In this document: positions 31,736 to 43,030 of the stretch, one piece after another | Numbering within the stretch: position 1 is the stretch's first letter | How the letters are laid out: each line of letters starts with the position of its first letter | Program-made: the position numbers and the translations under genes | Source of the DNA: Alphaproteobacteria bacterium | Lineage (GTDB): Bacteria; Pseudomonadota; Alphaproteobacteria; UBA7887 | DNA length: 64,000 nucleotides | Direction of reading: 5' to 3' | Assembly (NCBI GenBank): GCA_965216755.1 | Contig: CBDCGL010000011.1 | Span: 1,984,001 to 2,048,000, forward strand | Notes under the pieces: generated by a model | What the model saw: only the letters and a program-made list of their open reading frames with translations | Databases searched by the model: none | What the model was told of the DNA's origin: nothing

Positions 31736-32236
31736 TTAGCTCGTGTGGTTGACACGATAGAGTTCAACCGCTTCCTTGAGTTCGTAAAAATCATCACAAC
31801 CAAAAAGGCATATAATGTCGAGCTGGCGAAGATGTTGTTCCGCCATATCGAGCCGGTCGACCTCAAGGTAGGCCTCGCCAATATAGTGGTGCGCGCCGGT
31901 ATGCTCAGGATTGATCTCCAACGCGCGGCGATAATATCGAAACGCGTCGTCGAAGCTTTGCAACTGCCGATGAATATAGCCCAGATGGTTAAAGGCATCG
32001 GCGTTGTCTGGTTCCGATTCCACGACTGCGGTGAACAAGGCGATCGCTTGTTCGTATTCCCCCTTGTCCAAAGCGGCCACCGCGTCCCCGAACGTGTCGG
32101 CCTGTCCGGCTTCGGTTGTCTCGGCCTCCGGCTTCGGCGGACCGGCGGCCCCGCCCCGGTTGGCCGATGCGGCCGATGGGATTGCGCCAATCAGCAGCGC
32201 GCAAAGACCGACAGTCATCAACTTTCTTGTCTCCAT
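31736..32236 (-). CDS. Secreted tetratricopeptide-repeat protein
   Basis: Signal peptide, TPR motifs (ADAFNHLGY, ALEINPEH.GAHHYIGEAYL); GGAGG RBS before ATG 32236. Confidence 0.85.
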   Translation of the reverse strand: METRKLMTVGLCALLIGAIPSAASANRGGAAGPPKPEAETTEAGQADTFGDAVAALDKGEYEQAIALFTAVVESEPDNADAFNHLGYIHRQLQSFDDAFRYYRRALEINPEHTGAHHYIGEAYLEVDRLDMAEQHLRQLDIICLFGCDDFYELKEAVELYRVNHTS

Positions 32237-32305
32237 GATCTCGCCTCCTGCTCGAGACCTCTCTTGATCCGATAGATAAGCCTTTTGTCTCCGTCTTGCC
32301 AATCC

Positions 32306-33634
32306 TCACGCGGGCTGCGAGCCATCGAGCCGCTGCAGGATAGCGATGAAGAAGCCATCGGTGCCGTGGCGGCGGGGTGTTAACTGCAATGATGGGCCCT
32401 CGTGCGGACAAGGTGACCGAAAAACACGTCGCCAAACCGTGCCCACGTCAATTGGTACAAAATCGCTGTGGCACGCCAGAAAACGTTCGATCTGATCCGC
32501 GTTTTCGGCGCGCAAGACCGAACAAGTGACATAAACCAAGCGACCACCCGGCGCGACCAAAGTTTGGGCCGCGGAGAGGATTTCTCCCTGGCGCTTCACC
32601 CAACGTGCAAGATCCGCCGAGGTCAAGCGGCGACGCCCGTCCGGATCGCGACGCCATGTGCCCGTCCCTGTGCAGGGAACATCAACCAACACCCGATCGG
32701 CCAGCCGCGCCCCTGTCGCGGGCCAGGTGAGAACCTCATCGACCAAGATCGTTTCGATCGACAGCCCCGCCCGCGCCGCGCGGCGCGTCAAGCGCGCAAG
32801 CCGCTTGGAGTCGACATCGCAAGCGACCAGCCGAGCCTGTTCGGAGATCAAATCGGCCAGGGCCAAGGCCTTGCCACCCGCGCCCGCGCAATAGTCGATG
32901 ACCAGACGCGCAGATTTGACGTCAACCAGACCTGCCGCCAGCTGCGCACCCTCATCTTGGATCTCAAATCGTCCATCCCGGAATTGCGGGCTGTCTGAAA
33001 GCTGGGGTCGGCCGCGCACCCGGACGCCGGCGGGGGCCCACGGCGTGGCACACGCATGGGCCGCCATCGATTCCAGCGCGGCGCGAACATCGCCCGGTGC
33101 GACGCGACGCGTGTTGACCCGCAAATCTGTTGGCGCCTCCTCGGCAAACGCCGCCATCTCGGCCACGATGTCGTCGCCAAAGGTTCGTCTGAGTTCTTCG
33201 TCCAACCAAAGCGGATAGTTGCCACGCACATGATCTGGGACTTGCGGCGCACGCGGGAGATACAAGCTGCCGCCCGCTTCGCGCATGGCATCCGCCATGG
33301 CGACCTCATTTGCCGTCAGGGCCGAAGCCCCATAGCCGATCCCATCAAACATCTGTGCAAGCGACTCACGCGACGCCCGGTCCGACTGTGTCAAGGCCGC
33401 GATCACCCGATTGCGGGTCGTCAACGCATATCCGGCCCTTGTTAGCGCCCAATCCAAACGGACCCGTTGGCGCACAACTTCAAACACCATGGCCGAAATC
33501 GCCCGACGATCTTTCGATCCGACATAGCGGCGACCACGCATATAGGCTTGAACGACCTGGTCTGCGGGCAGTGGCGCAGACTCTATTTCATCTAACAGCT
33601 CGATCGCCGCCCGAACGCGCGCTGATGGGGTCAT
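32306..33634 (-). CDS. RsmB/NOP family RNA methyltransferase
   Basis: MTP.AR..AAIE, QDEGAQ, DYCAGAGGK, DVPCTGTGTWRR.PD, YVTCS, TDGFF. Confidence 0.92.
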   Translation of the reverse strand: MTPSARVRAAIELLDEIESAPLPADQVVQAYMRGRRYVGSKDRRAISAMVFEVVRQRVRLDWALTRAGYALTTRNRVIAALTQSDRASRESLAQMFDGIGYGASALTANEVAMADAMREAGGSLYLPRAPQVPDHVRGNYPLWLDEELRRTFGDDIVAEMAAFAEEAPTDLRVNTRRVAPGDVRAALESMAAHACATPWAPAGVRVRGRPQLSDSPQFRDGRFEIQDEGAQLAAGLVDVKSARLVIDYCAGAGGKALALADLISEQARLVACDVDSKRLARLTRRAARAGLSIETILVDEVLTWPATGARLADRVLVDVPCTGTGTWRRDPDGRRRLTSADLARWVKRQGEILSAAQTLVAPGGRLVYVTCSVLRAENADQIERFLACHSDFVPIDVGTVWRRVFRSPCPHEGPSLQLTPRRHGTDGFFIAILQRLDGSQPA

Positions 33635-33718
33635 CGGTCCCTGCTATGCGTCCCGTTGACGAGTTATGGTACTCGCCCGGTCCACTGCACAACGATCAAT
33701 GCGTTCGGTGCGCGCGGA

Positions 33719-35200
<1,482 letters not shown>

Positions 35201-35298
35201 CTATTGAGTTTGGCAACTATACAGACCACGGGTCGCGCACCAAACCTGGTTTCCCGCGACGCCAGGCAGCGCCGTCACATGGCTGTCATGGGATTTAG

Positions 35299-36000
35299 TT
35301 ATACATCAGAAGATTTTCCCATAAACCCCTTTGCTACAACGTAAATCTCAGCCGAGTCAGATCGGCTGGCTGGCGGCTTCATATGTTTCACGCTGTCGAA
35401 ATGACGACGCAGATTGGTTGCCAAGGACATATCGCCACCGCGCAGCAATTTCGCGACAAAACTGCCGCCGGGCGCCAACAGGGCGTCCGCCATTTCGAAC
35501 GCCGCCTCACACAACATGACCACGCGAAGCCGATCCGTTGCGGCATGTCCGGTTGCGGGGCTCGCCATGTCACTCAGCACGACATCGGCAGGGCCGCCAA
35601 GGTGGGCCTTGATCTGGCTGATGGAATCGGCCCCCAGTGCATCGATTTTCAAGAACAGGACACCATCCAAAGGATCCATGTCGCTTACGTCCAGCGCCAC
35701 AACACAACCGCCCCCTATTGCGCCGGTATGCACGCGGCGCGCCGCGACCTGCGACCAGCCGCCCGGCGCCGCCCCCAAATCGACCACCCGTTGCCCAGGC
35801 GCAAAAAGGCAGGCTTTGTCGTCAATCTGCATGATCTTATAGGCGGCACGACTGCGCAAACCTTCGCGTTGCGCCCGCTGCACATAGGGGTCATTAAGCT
35901 GCCGTTGAAGCCAGCGCGTGGACGACGCGCGCCGACGACGCGCGCTACGCACTCGGACCGCCTCAGCACGACCTCCGGAACCTCGACCCTCGCGCCGCAT
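35299..36000 (-). CDS. rlmE: 23S rRNA Um2552 methyltransferase
   Basis: WL.RQ.NDPYV, RSRAAYK, DLGAAPGGWSQ, SDMA, KP.ASR..S.E.Y. Confidence 0.95.
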   Translation of the reverse strand: MRREGRGSGGRAEAVRVRSARRRRASSTRWLQRQLNDPYVQRAQREGLRSRAAYKIMQIDDKACLFAPGQRVVDLGAAPGGWSQVAARRVHTGAIGGGCVVALDVSDMDPLDGVLFLKIDALGADSISQIKAHLGGPADVVLSDMASPATGHAATDRLRVVMLCEAAFEMADALLAPGGSFVAKLLRGGDMSLATNLRRHFDSVKHMKPPASRSDSAEIYVVAKGFMGKSSDV

Positions 36001-36062
36001 GATCTACGCCACCGTTTCAGCCTTATTGAAGTCGTCCATATATGGACGCAGAGGCAGTTGAT

Positions 36063-37103
36063 TCAAACGGGTGCCGCCGTCCGCTCGTGCCGACTTATCA
36101 AGTTGTACAAGATGCCCTCGCGCACCCCGCGATCGGCCACACGAATGCGCTCCACCGGAAAAGTTTGGCAAACAGCTTCCAAAATCGCGCACCCGCCGAC
36201 GACCAGATCGGCGCGTTGACGCCCGATACAGGGAATGCGCGCACGATCGGCGTAGTCCATCCGACGCAAGCGCTGACAAATCCGACGAATATTGTCGACC
36301 GACAATGTCGCGCCGTCGACAACGGTTCGATCATAGCGTCGCAGGCCCATATTTACGCCTGCCAAGGTCGTTACGGTGCCCGACGTGCCGATAACCTGGA
36401 TGGTTTCGGCGCGCACCGAATCGGCCAGCAGCTTATCGACAACAAACGGGCGGATCAGCGTTTCCATGCGCCGGATCATGTGTTCGTAAGTGGCGGAGGC
36501 GTATCGGTCGCCACCGTAATCTTCGAGCATGGTCAGCACGCCGCAGCCCAGCGACGCCCAATCGACCAACGAAAACTGGCCGTCTTGGTCGCGTGCCAGC
36601 CACATCAGCTCGGTACTGCCACCGCCAATATCAAATATGAGCGCCCGTTGCGCGGCGGTATCCAACAGTGGGGTGCAGCCGCGCGCGGCCAGTTGTGCTT
36701 CCTCCCGGCTGCAGATCACCTCCAGGCGCAATCCTGTATCATTACGAACTTGTTCCAAGAACTCGGACGCATTCGCGGCTCGGCGACAGGCCTCCGTTGC
36801 CACACAACGGACGTGCGTCACGTTGTTGTGTCGGATTTTGGCGGCGCAAACGTGCAAGGCTCGCACGGTGCGCCGCACCGCCGGTGCCGATAATGCAGGT
36901 GTGGGCGCCGCGGCAGCCAAGCCTTCGCCCAGGCGAACGACCCTTGAAAACGCATCAACAACGTGGAAGCCAGAAGCACGCGGCTTGGCAATCAACAATC
37001 GACAGTTGTTGGTGCCCAAGTCAAGCGCCGCATAAATGGCACTGGACCGCGGCGGCATTGTCGGCGCGCGTTGGCGCGCTTCGAACGCACGTGTCCCGAC
37101 CAT
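36063..37103 (-). CDS. Ppx/GppA family phosphatase
   Basis: DLGTNNCRL, ATEACRRA.N, DIGGGSTE, GVREG; GGAGG RBS before ATG 37103. Confidence 0.92.
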   Translation of the reverse strand: MVGTRAFEARQRAPTMPPRSSAIYAALDLGTNNCRLLIAKPRASGFHVVDAFSRVVRLGEGLAAAAPTPALSAPAVRRTVRALHVCAAKIRHNNVTHVRCVATEACRRAANASEFLEQVRNDTGLRLEVICSREEAQLAARGCTPLLDTAAQRALIFDIGGGSTELMWLARDQDGQFSLVDWASLGCGVLTMLEDYGGDRYASATYEHMIRRMETLIRPFVVDKLLADSVRAETIQVIGTSGTVTTLAGVNMGLRRYDRTVVDGATLSVDNIRRICQRLRRMDYADRARIPCIGRQRADLVVGGCAILEAVCQTFPVERIRVADRGVREGILYNLISRHERTAAPV

Positions 37104-37257
37104 CGACGTCCCTCCCCATGCACTACATGTCGTCCTCGGGTCTCGTTTGCCCGGACCCGGTTGTGGCGCCACGCACGCGATTATCATGCGCTGGGAATGT
37201 ACCCGAGAGCAAGCGGCAGGTCGGCACGGCGCGGTCCGGCAGGGAATTGGCGCCGGC

Positions 37258-37287
37258 TTGACACATTCCCGGCAGCGCCCTTACGCT
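37258..37287 (+). promoter_or_regulatory. Putative sigma70 promoter of tRNA-Gln
   Basis: TTGACA-18 bp-TACGCT about 40 nt upstream of the tRNA. Confidence 0.45.
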
Positions 37288-37328
37288 CGCTTCGATCTGC
37301 TGCCGCGAGACCGCGTCTGAGCGACGAT

Positions 37329-37402
37329 TGGGGGATAGTTTAACGGTAGAACTTTCGGCTCTGACCCGAACAGTCCTGGTTCGAATCCAGGTCCCCCAGC
37401 CA
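37329..37402 (+). tRNA. tRNA-Gln (anticodon CTG)
   Basis: Acceptor stem TGGGGGA/TCCCCCA, anticodon arm TTCGG-CT-CTG-AC-CCGAA, T arm CCTGG-TTCGAAT-CCAGG, encoded CCA. Confidence 0.96.
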
Positions 37403-37590
37403 AATATCAGATTTGTCTAAATCGGTATTTTTTGACGCACATTCTGAGCCGCGGAGAGCGCTATTTTGGCCAATAAATCAGAAGGTTGACGGAAGGCAGC
37501 AACCACCTCACCGTCCTTCCATGAGCATTTCGATAGTACAAGATTGAGAAGCCGACGTTTTTCTCGGGACGCCTGATCATCCCCGTCACC
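37340..37590 (-). pseudogene. C-terminal relic of a tRNA-targeting large serine recombinase
   Basis: Minus strand reads REKRRLLNLVLSKCSWKDGEVVAAFRQPSDLLA, then after a frameshift KSDIWLGDLDSNQD into the tRNA. Resembles recombinase-family C-termini from recollection; not searched. Confidence 0.6.
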
Positions 37591-37659
37591 AAGATTCGTG
37601 CATATCTCGTTTTGCCGGTGGCACAGTTGTTGGAAGCAACTACAGACAAGGAGCGAGCG

Positions 37660-38805
37660 ATGAAGCGTCGGGATTTCGTGGTTGGAGCCGCCGCGGGCGT
37701 GGTTGTTGGGGCTGGAGCAACATATCTGGCGACGGGAACATCCAAGCCAGTCATAACGGGCACGCCGAACGCGCCCGGCGAAGTGCCAGCCGTCACGGCC
37801 GGGCTGACCGAATGGAAAATGGTCACAACCTGGCCTAAGAATTTTCCGGGCCTCGGTACCGGCGCGCAACGCATCGCCGACCGCATAAACGGCATGTCGG
37901 ATGGCCGGCTTCAGATTAAGCTGTTTGCTGCCGGCGAGTTGGTACCCGCCTTCGAAGCGTTCGATGCGGTGCGTGAGGGCACGGCGGAGATGGCGCATTC
38001 TTCCGCTGTCTATTGGGTGGCCAAGCACAAAAGCACGCCGTTCTTCGGGACCGTGCCGGCGGGCATCACCCAGCAGGAACATACAGCTTGGCTCCACCAT
38101 GGCGGTGGCCAGGCCCTATGGGATGAACTTTATGGCGGCTTCGGTCTGAAACCCTTCATCGCCGGGTCCACAGGCGTCCAGATGGGTGGCTGGTTCCAGA
38201 AAGAAATCCGTGGTCTCGACGATTTCAAGGGACTCAAAATGCGCATTCCCGGCCTCGGGGCTGAGGTTATCAACCGCCTGGGCGCAACGGCTGTCAATAT
38301 GCCGGGAGGCGAAATCATGCCGGCGCTGCAATCTGGCGTGATCGATGCGACGGAATGGGTTGGGCCCTGGAACGACTTGGCTTTTGGCTTCTATAAGATC
38401 GCAAAGTTCTATTATGGCCCCGGCTTCCATGAGCCGAATTCGTCGGTCGAGGCATTTGTTAACAAGGAACGATACGAGGCGTTGTCGAGTGATCTGCAGA
38501 TGATCGTGCAGAACGCATGCATGGCGGAGAGCGAGTATATGCTCGCCGAGTTCACGGCTGGCAACAACGAGTCCCAACAAGTGTTGGTCGAGGAGCATGG
38601 CGTGACGATCGCGAGTTTCCCGCGCGAGGTGGTCAAGGCCGCGAGCGAGGCCGGGCTGGATGTCATCGCCGAGACCGCCAAAGAAGGCGATATTGCCAAG
38701 CGGATCTTCGACAGTTGGTGGAAATTCCGTGAGGCCTCGATCAAGCGCGCGCCCTATGCGGAGTACGGCTACATGAACGATCGCGCAGCGGCTTTTGGTG
38801 CCTAA
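37660..38805 (+). CDS. TRAP transporter solute-binding protein (DctP, TakP-like) with Tat signal
   Basis: MKRRDFV twin-arginine signal, W.MVT.WP, QMGGWF.KEI, GLKMRIPGLG, DATEWVGP.ND. Confidence 0.92.
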   Translation: MKRRDFVVGAAAGVVVGAGATYLATGTSKPVITGTPNAPGEVPAVTAGLTEWKMVTTWPKNFPGLGTGAQRIADRINGMSDGRLQIKLFAAGELVPAFEAFDAVREGTAEMAHSSAVYWVAKHKSTPFFGTVPAGITQQEHTAWLHHGGGQALWDELYGGFGLKPFIAGSTGVQMGGWFQKEIRGLDDFKGLKMRIPGLGAEVINRLGATAVNMPGGEIMPALQSGVIDATEWVGPWNDLAFGFYKIAKFYYGPGFHEPNSSVEAFVNKERYEALSSDLQMIVQNACMAESEYMLAEFTAGNNESQQVLVEEHGVTIASFPREVVKAASEAGLDVIAETAKEGDIAKRIFDSWWKFREASIKRAPYAEYGYMNDRAAAFGA

Positions 38806-39135
38806 GGGAGTCCTACCCGCCACGAGGAGGCTTTGACAAGAGCGGCTGTGAACTTGGTTTCAGCGGTATCGGCGGCACGCTCGGGACGAACACGCTCCGA
38901 CTTCCAATATCTCATCGACAGAAACAATGTTACTGGTGGAAATCCGTCGTGATTCACAAAGGACCGATCGCAAGCCACGCTGCGTTTGGCAACGTCTATT
39001 AGGCCGCTCGGGGTCACTTATTGCTGTATTGGACAAGGGTGGTTCGCGTCCGGAGTCAGGAGCATTGCTGTCGAAATCATGTTGGACGGCAACATTTTGG
39101 TGCGGTTGAGTGCATTGGTCGATGCTGAACCGAGG

Positions 39136-39789
39136 TTACTGAGGCGTGGCGATCAATAGCTTGATCATGTCGTGGTACAAGAAACGCTCCTCAATCAGCT
39201 TGAGCCCGGCGTCCGGAATGTAGCGTTCAGTCTCTCGATCGAAGGCGGCACCATACGCCAGCCTTACCCACGGCGCCCATAGACGCATAACGAAGCGCCT
39301 GATCGGATTTTCCGAATAGGCGTACTCCAGGATGCGAACCTCACCGCCCGGTTTACAAACCCGGCGCGCCTCTTTTAGAGCAGGTAGTTGAAGTTCAGGC
39401 GCCAGCACGCAGAACAGGAAAGTGGCAACGAAGGCATCGAATGTGGAATCTGCGAAGCCACTGTTGCAGACATTCATTACGGCAAAAGGAACGTCGGCGC
39501 CAGTTCTTTGCCGACGGTTCACCGCTCGTTTCAGCATGCCCGGGCTAACATCTATACCAACGACTTGTGTTCCAGGAGGATAGAAACGCATGTTGCGGCC
39601 GGTGCCGACGCCGGCGTCGAGTATACGACCCGATAGGCCTTCGAACAGCTGACGTCGCAGTGGCTTATAACGACCATGTTCGAACGGCAGGTCGAGGATG
39701 TCGTAGAGCCGAGCGATGCGGTCATAGCGCAAATTAGTCTCCGGTGTCGCTCTGTTTGCCCGTACGTGTTGATGATCGTACCACGCCAA
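39136..39789 (-). CDS. Class I SAM-dependent methyltransferase (PmtA/UbiE-like)
   Basis: YDRIARLYD, LDAGVGTGRN, GIDVSPGML, FLFCVL, RVCKPGG. Confidence 0.85.
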   Translation of the reverse strand: MAWYDHQHVRANRATPETNLRYDRIARLYDILDLPFEHGRYKPLRRQLFEGLSGRILDAGVGTGRNMRFYPPGTQVVGIDVSPGMLKRAVNRRQRTGADVPFAVMNVCNSGFADSTFDAFVATFLFCVLAPELQLPALKEARRVCKPGGEVRILEYAYSENPIRRFVMRLWAPWVRLAYGAAFDRETERYIPDAGLKLIEERFLYHDMIKLLIATPQ

Positions 39790-40120
39790 CTATTCCGGCA
39801 GTCAGCGCGGCTTTGCGTTGTGTCCTTTCATCATCGCTGGCCTTGCCCACGTCTTGGTTGGGTCAACAACACGCCTATGGACCATCTGGGATTGGGTCCG
39901 GAGGCCGGGAGCTTAGAGAAATTTCAACGATTTAGGGCCGTCGTTGGGGCATGGCCGTCGTGTCTGCCATATTGGCAGTAGGCGTGTTCGTAGCCGGACG
40001 CGGACGTCTGGCCCGGCCACGAAATCGCTTCGCCTGCCGTGGTCTGCACTGACGACGAAAGCCCCATATCGACCGCGCTTACTGCCCCGACGTCGCCGGT
40101 TCACTGATTTCGTGATCGGT

Positions 40121-40651
40121 TCAACCGCATTCGCCGTCATGACCATCCGACATTGCCGTGAGGCACCATTCGCGGATCGCGTCCGGATCGGCCTGCAGCT
40201 TTTCGGCCAGACCCCCGGCAAAGTTAACGAACGCTTCCCGGTTGGTCGCGCCGACGCCCACCAGGACTGGAATGTCCTGTTCCAGCGCCTTGCCGATCCC
40301 GGATACGAACCCCCGACCCGCCGCTTCTTCTGGGCCGAATTTGTTGAGGATGAACAGATCGGCCTCGTCGAGCGAACTGCTTTCGACGGTCGAAACCGCG
40401 GCGGCAATCGCGCCCGGGTCCAACCGGCAGGCGTCGGAACCCGTGCCCAGGTTCTGCGTGATCTGGATCACCGGACCCGCGGGCAGAACCCGCACTTTCA
40501 TGTCGCAGCCGTTGGCATAGGCGCTGGTATGGCCCAGCTCTTTGACGATACCCGTAAGGGCCAAGCCCCCGGCCTGCAGCTGATCGGCGACCTCGGCAAG
40601 CAGGCGATCGGTTTCGCCCCGTATCTCGGAACTGACCCATGCTATCCTCAT
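40121..40651 (-). CDS. DUF2478 domain protein
   Basis: CDM, I.ITQNLG.GS.ACRLDPG, ILNKFG.EEA.GRG; GGAG RBS before ATG 40651. Confidence 0.8.
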   Translation of the reverse strand: MRIAWVSSEIRGETDRLLAEVADQLQAGGLALTGIVKELGHTSAYANGCDMKVRVLPAGPVIQITQNLGTGSDACRLDPGAIAAAVSTVESSSLDEADLFILNKFGPEEAAGRGFVSGIGKALEQDIPVLVGVGATNREAFVNFAGGLAEKLQADPDAIREWCLTAMSDGHDGECG

Positions 40652-41342
40652 GTTCTCTCCTGCCATCATCGGGTTGCGGCTGGCCGGACCGGACCGTGCC
40701 CCGTCACCGGTAAGGAAGCCATTCGACAAACGCGGTGTTTCATCAAAGCGTGCCTCGCCCGCCGGCGTTTCGTCATTGATTTGCATCAGGTCAGGAATGT
40801 CCGGCCGCCGTCAAACGTTTACGCCAATTTGCATGAAGGTCTGACGAGTCCGCTCAATCGTCCACGCAGGCCTTCCTCGCAGATGCACTCTGGCGGAGGG
40901 CTCGTGGAATTCTGGCGCCGGCGCAATGCACATGGTTCGATACCTGTCCAGGAAGGGCAGCCAGCCTCCAAAACCCCGTTAACTCATTGACAACACTACG
41001 GACGTAGACCGGGTCGCGTGGACGCACCCCACACATCCACGGCACGCCTCCGTGGCCAATCAGCCCCGATTTCAAACAGACAGTTGGCACAAGCACGACG
41101 GCTCCGACAGCATGTGTGCTTTCGGCGCGAGCGTTATCGATAGCTTCCCGGATTCGTATTGTGCGCGCCCTCGAGCCTACCCGGGGCACGGTCCTTGATC
41201 AGTTGGGGCGAAAGTGATTGCCTCGCGCGGGGATTGGCGAAATACGGGGCCAATGTTAGAAACTATAGAGTCGGGTTGGGCGTCGCCTGGCCCGTTGCCA
41301 GTTGCGAGTGCCAGAAGGCGCTAGAACAGGAGTGTCGAAGCG

Positions 41343-41783
41343 ATGGATAAGCCAGTCCGCGCAATCGTGATGGTTTTGGTTATTGTCGGGCTCGGCTTTG
41401 GTGGCCCCCGATTGGGATTCGCCGCCGCGGGGGCACCGCCGGATGGTCCGATCAAGTCGGTCGAGACGGGCGCCGATCTCAAATTCGCCTGCGGCCAGGA
41501 CGTGGATGGGTTCAACGACGTGGTCGGTGAAAAGACCTATCGCTCGATGCTCATTGTCCAATGTCGCGCCGTGGTCGGCACGATCGCCGATATGATCAAG
41601 GCTGGTCAGTTCGCGCTTGACGACGCGCCGAAATGGCAATGTGTGACGATTCCGGAGGATCTGAGCGAGCTCGCGGCAAATTTCGTGACTTGGGTGGGCC
41701 GCAGACCGTCACTAATGCGTGAGCCCGCCGCGATCGCGCTTATCGAGGCGATCGAGCTCAGCGCACCTTGCAAGAGCTCCTAG
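41343..41783 (+). CDS. Secreted Rap1a/Tai-like four-cysteine protein
   Basis: Signal peptide; TG.DL...C ... C..V...I.D ... C...P ... P...REPAA..LIEA.....PC pattern. Confidence 0.55.
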   Translation: MDKPVRAIVMVLVIVGLGFGGPRLGFAAAGAPPDGPIKSVETGADLKFACGQDVDGFNDVVGEKTYRSMLIVQCRAVVGTIADMIKAGQFALDDAPKWQCVTIPEDLSELAANFVTWVGRRPSLMREPAAIALIEAIELSAPCKSS

Positions 41784-41955
41784 GCTGCGCTCGGCGTTTG
41801 GGGGTCTAATGCCACAATTCTTGTTTTTTGAGAATGAGTTGCGACGATTTCCCAAGCCAATTTCACAACAAGGAACAAGCTCGGATTGACCGTCGGAGCG
41901 GAGCAACAATAATAGGCGCAAGCAGGCTCTGAACGGCTTCGAGAAGGAAACCGAA

Positions 41956-42393
41956 ATGAAGATTGCGGCCCCCATTCTTGCCATCACTTTGATCGCCGGC
42001 CTTGGGCAAGCGATCGGCGCGGATTGCCCAGCAGGGCCAGAAGGGAATTTGTGCAAGGCCGAAAACGGCGACCCCGCGGCAATGTATATGATCGGGCGCG
42101 AGGCGTATGATGCGGCACGCGTCAGCGGAGATTTTGGTGAAGCCTATAAATGGGCATCACAATCGAGGCAAGCCGGGTTCCTTGGCGGAAAAATGCTGTT
42201 CAAGATGGTCCACTTGCAGGCGGGGCAAGGCGCGCACCGCGACCCCGTGGAGGCCCACTATTGGCTTACCAAGGCGATCGCAGAGGGCGAAGACTACCTA
42301 GTGTCGTGGCGGCGTCGCCTAGAGACCGAAATGACGCCGGAGCAAATCGCCGAGGCACGAGAAGCGGAGGCGCGTCTCGCCGTCACCGAATAA
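41956..42393 (+). CDS. Secreted Sel1-like repeat protein
   Basis: Signal peptide; AENGDP.AMY.IG, EAYKW, G.G..RD.VEAHYWL.KA, MTPEQIAEA. Confidence 0.7.
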   Translation: MKIAAPILAITLIAGLGQAIGADCPAGPEGNLCKAENGDPAAMYMIGREAYDAARVSGDFGEAYKWASQSRQAGFLGGKMLFKMVHLQAGQGAHRDPVEAHYWLTKAIAEGEDYLVSWRRRLETEMTPEQIAEAREAEARLAVTE

Positions 42394-42417
42394 GCGGGCC
42401 AGCCGCCGGCAAAAGTA

Positions 42418-42861
42418 TCAGTTTGCCTTTGCCAAGGCGGCCGCTTCTTCAGCGGTAATCCGATTGCCGTCCGCGTCCAGGTAAACGCCTTGGATTTGTT
42501 CCACGATATAGGTCGCGATTCCGGAGATCTCTCGCTTTGACATGGTTGTCTTGAACTCAGGCATACCGCGGTCGCGAATGCCGACGGTGATAATGTAGAC
42601 GAGCCCTTCGTGATCCAATTCCGTGGCGCGCAGGTCGGCCGCGTAACCGCCATAGGCCGGTCCGCCGCGCCCATCGGATTTGTGGCAGCGCGCGCATTCG
42701 TTGGGTAATTCCTTAAATACGATCGGAGGCGGCCCCGACCGCCGGGGCTTCTCGTCGGCCGACAAGGCGGGGCCCGACGGCACCATAAACACCGCCGTGC
42801 CGGCGATTGTCATTGCCATCAGGCTGCCAACAAGTCGCACACGCTTTATAAAATGCTGCAT
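42418..42861 (-). CDS. Periplasmic monoheme c-type cytochrome (probable ADH electron acceptor)
   Basis: Signal peptide, CARCH heme motif, distal GMP(E)F methionine ligand. Confidence 0.9.
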   Translation of the reverse strand: MQHFIKRVRLVGSLMAMTIAGTAVFMVPSGPALSADEKPRRSGPPPIVFKELPNECARCHKSDGRGGPAYGGYAADLRATELDHEGLVYIITVGIRDRGMPEFKTTMSKREISGIATYIVEQIQGVYLDADGNRITAEEAAALAKAN

Positions 42862-42988
42862 TTTCTCAAATCCGGTCGCTAGTTCACGTCACACCTATCT
42901 GAGGCGTACCGATGCGCAGATCAAGAGCCTGACGGCCCGATACCAGCGCACGGGTCACCTTGTATATAGGGCCTTCGGAGAATAAAGG

Positions 42989-43016
42989 GTGAGCCGACGC
43001 CATAGCGCCGGCTCAC
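42989..43016 (-). terminator. Hairpin after the PQQ dehydrogenase gene (terminator or mRNA stabiliser)
   Basis: Minus strand GTGAGCCGGCGC-TATG-GCGTCGGCTCAC followed by CCTTTATT. Confidence 0.55.
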
Positions 43017-43030
43017 ACCATATCGATACT

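Noticed and set aside
31058-32275. 405-aa plus-strand ORF
   Set aside because: Antisense to guaA and the TPR gene; no recognisable domain.
39944-40990. 348-aa plus-strand ORF
   Set aside because: Antisense to the DUF2478 gene; Arg-rich and non-protein-like.
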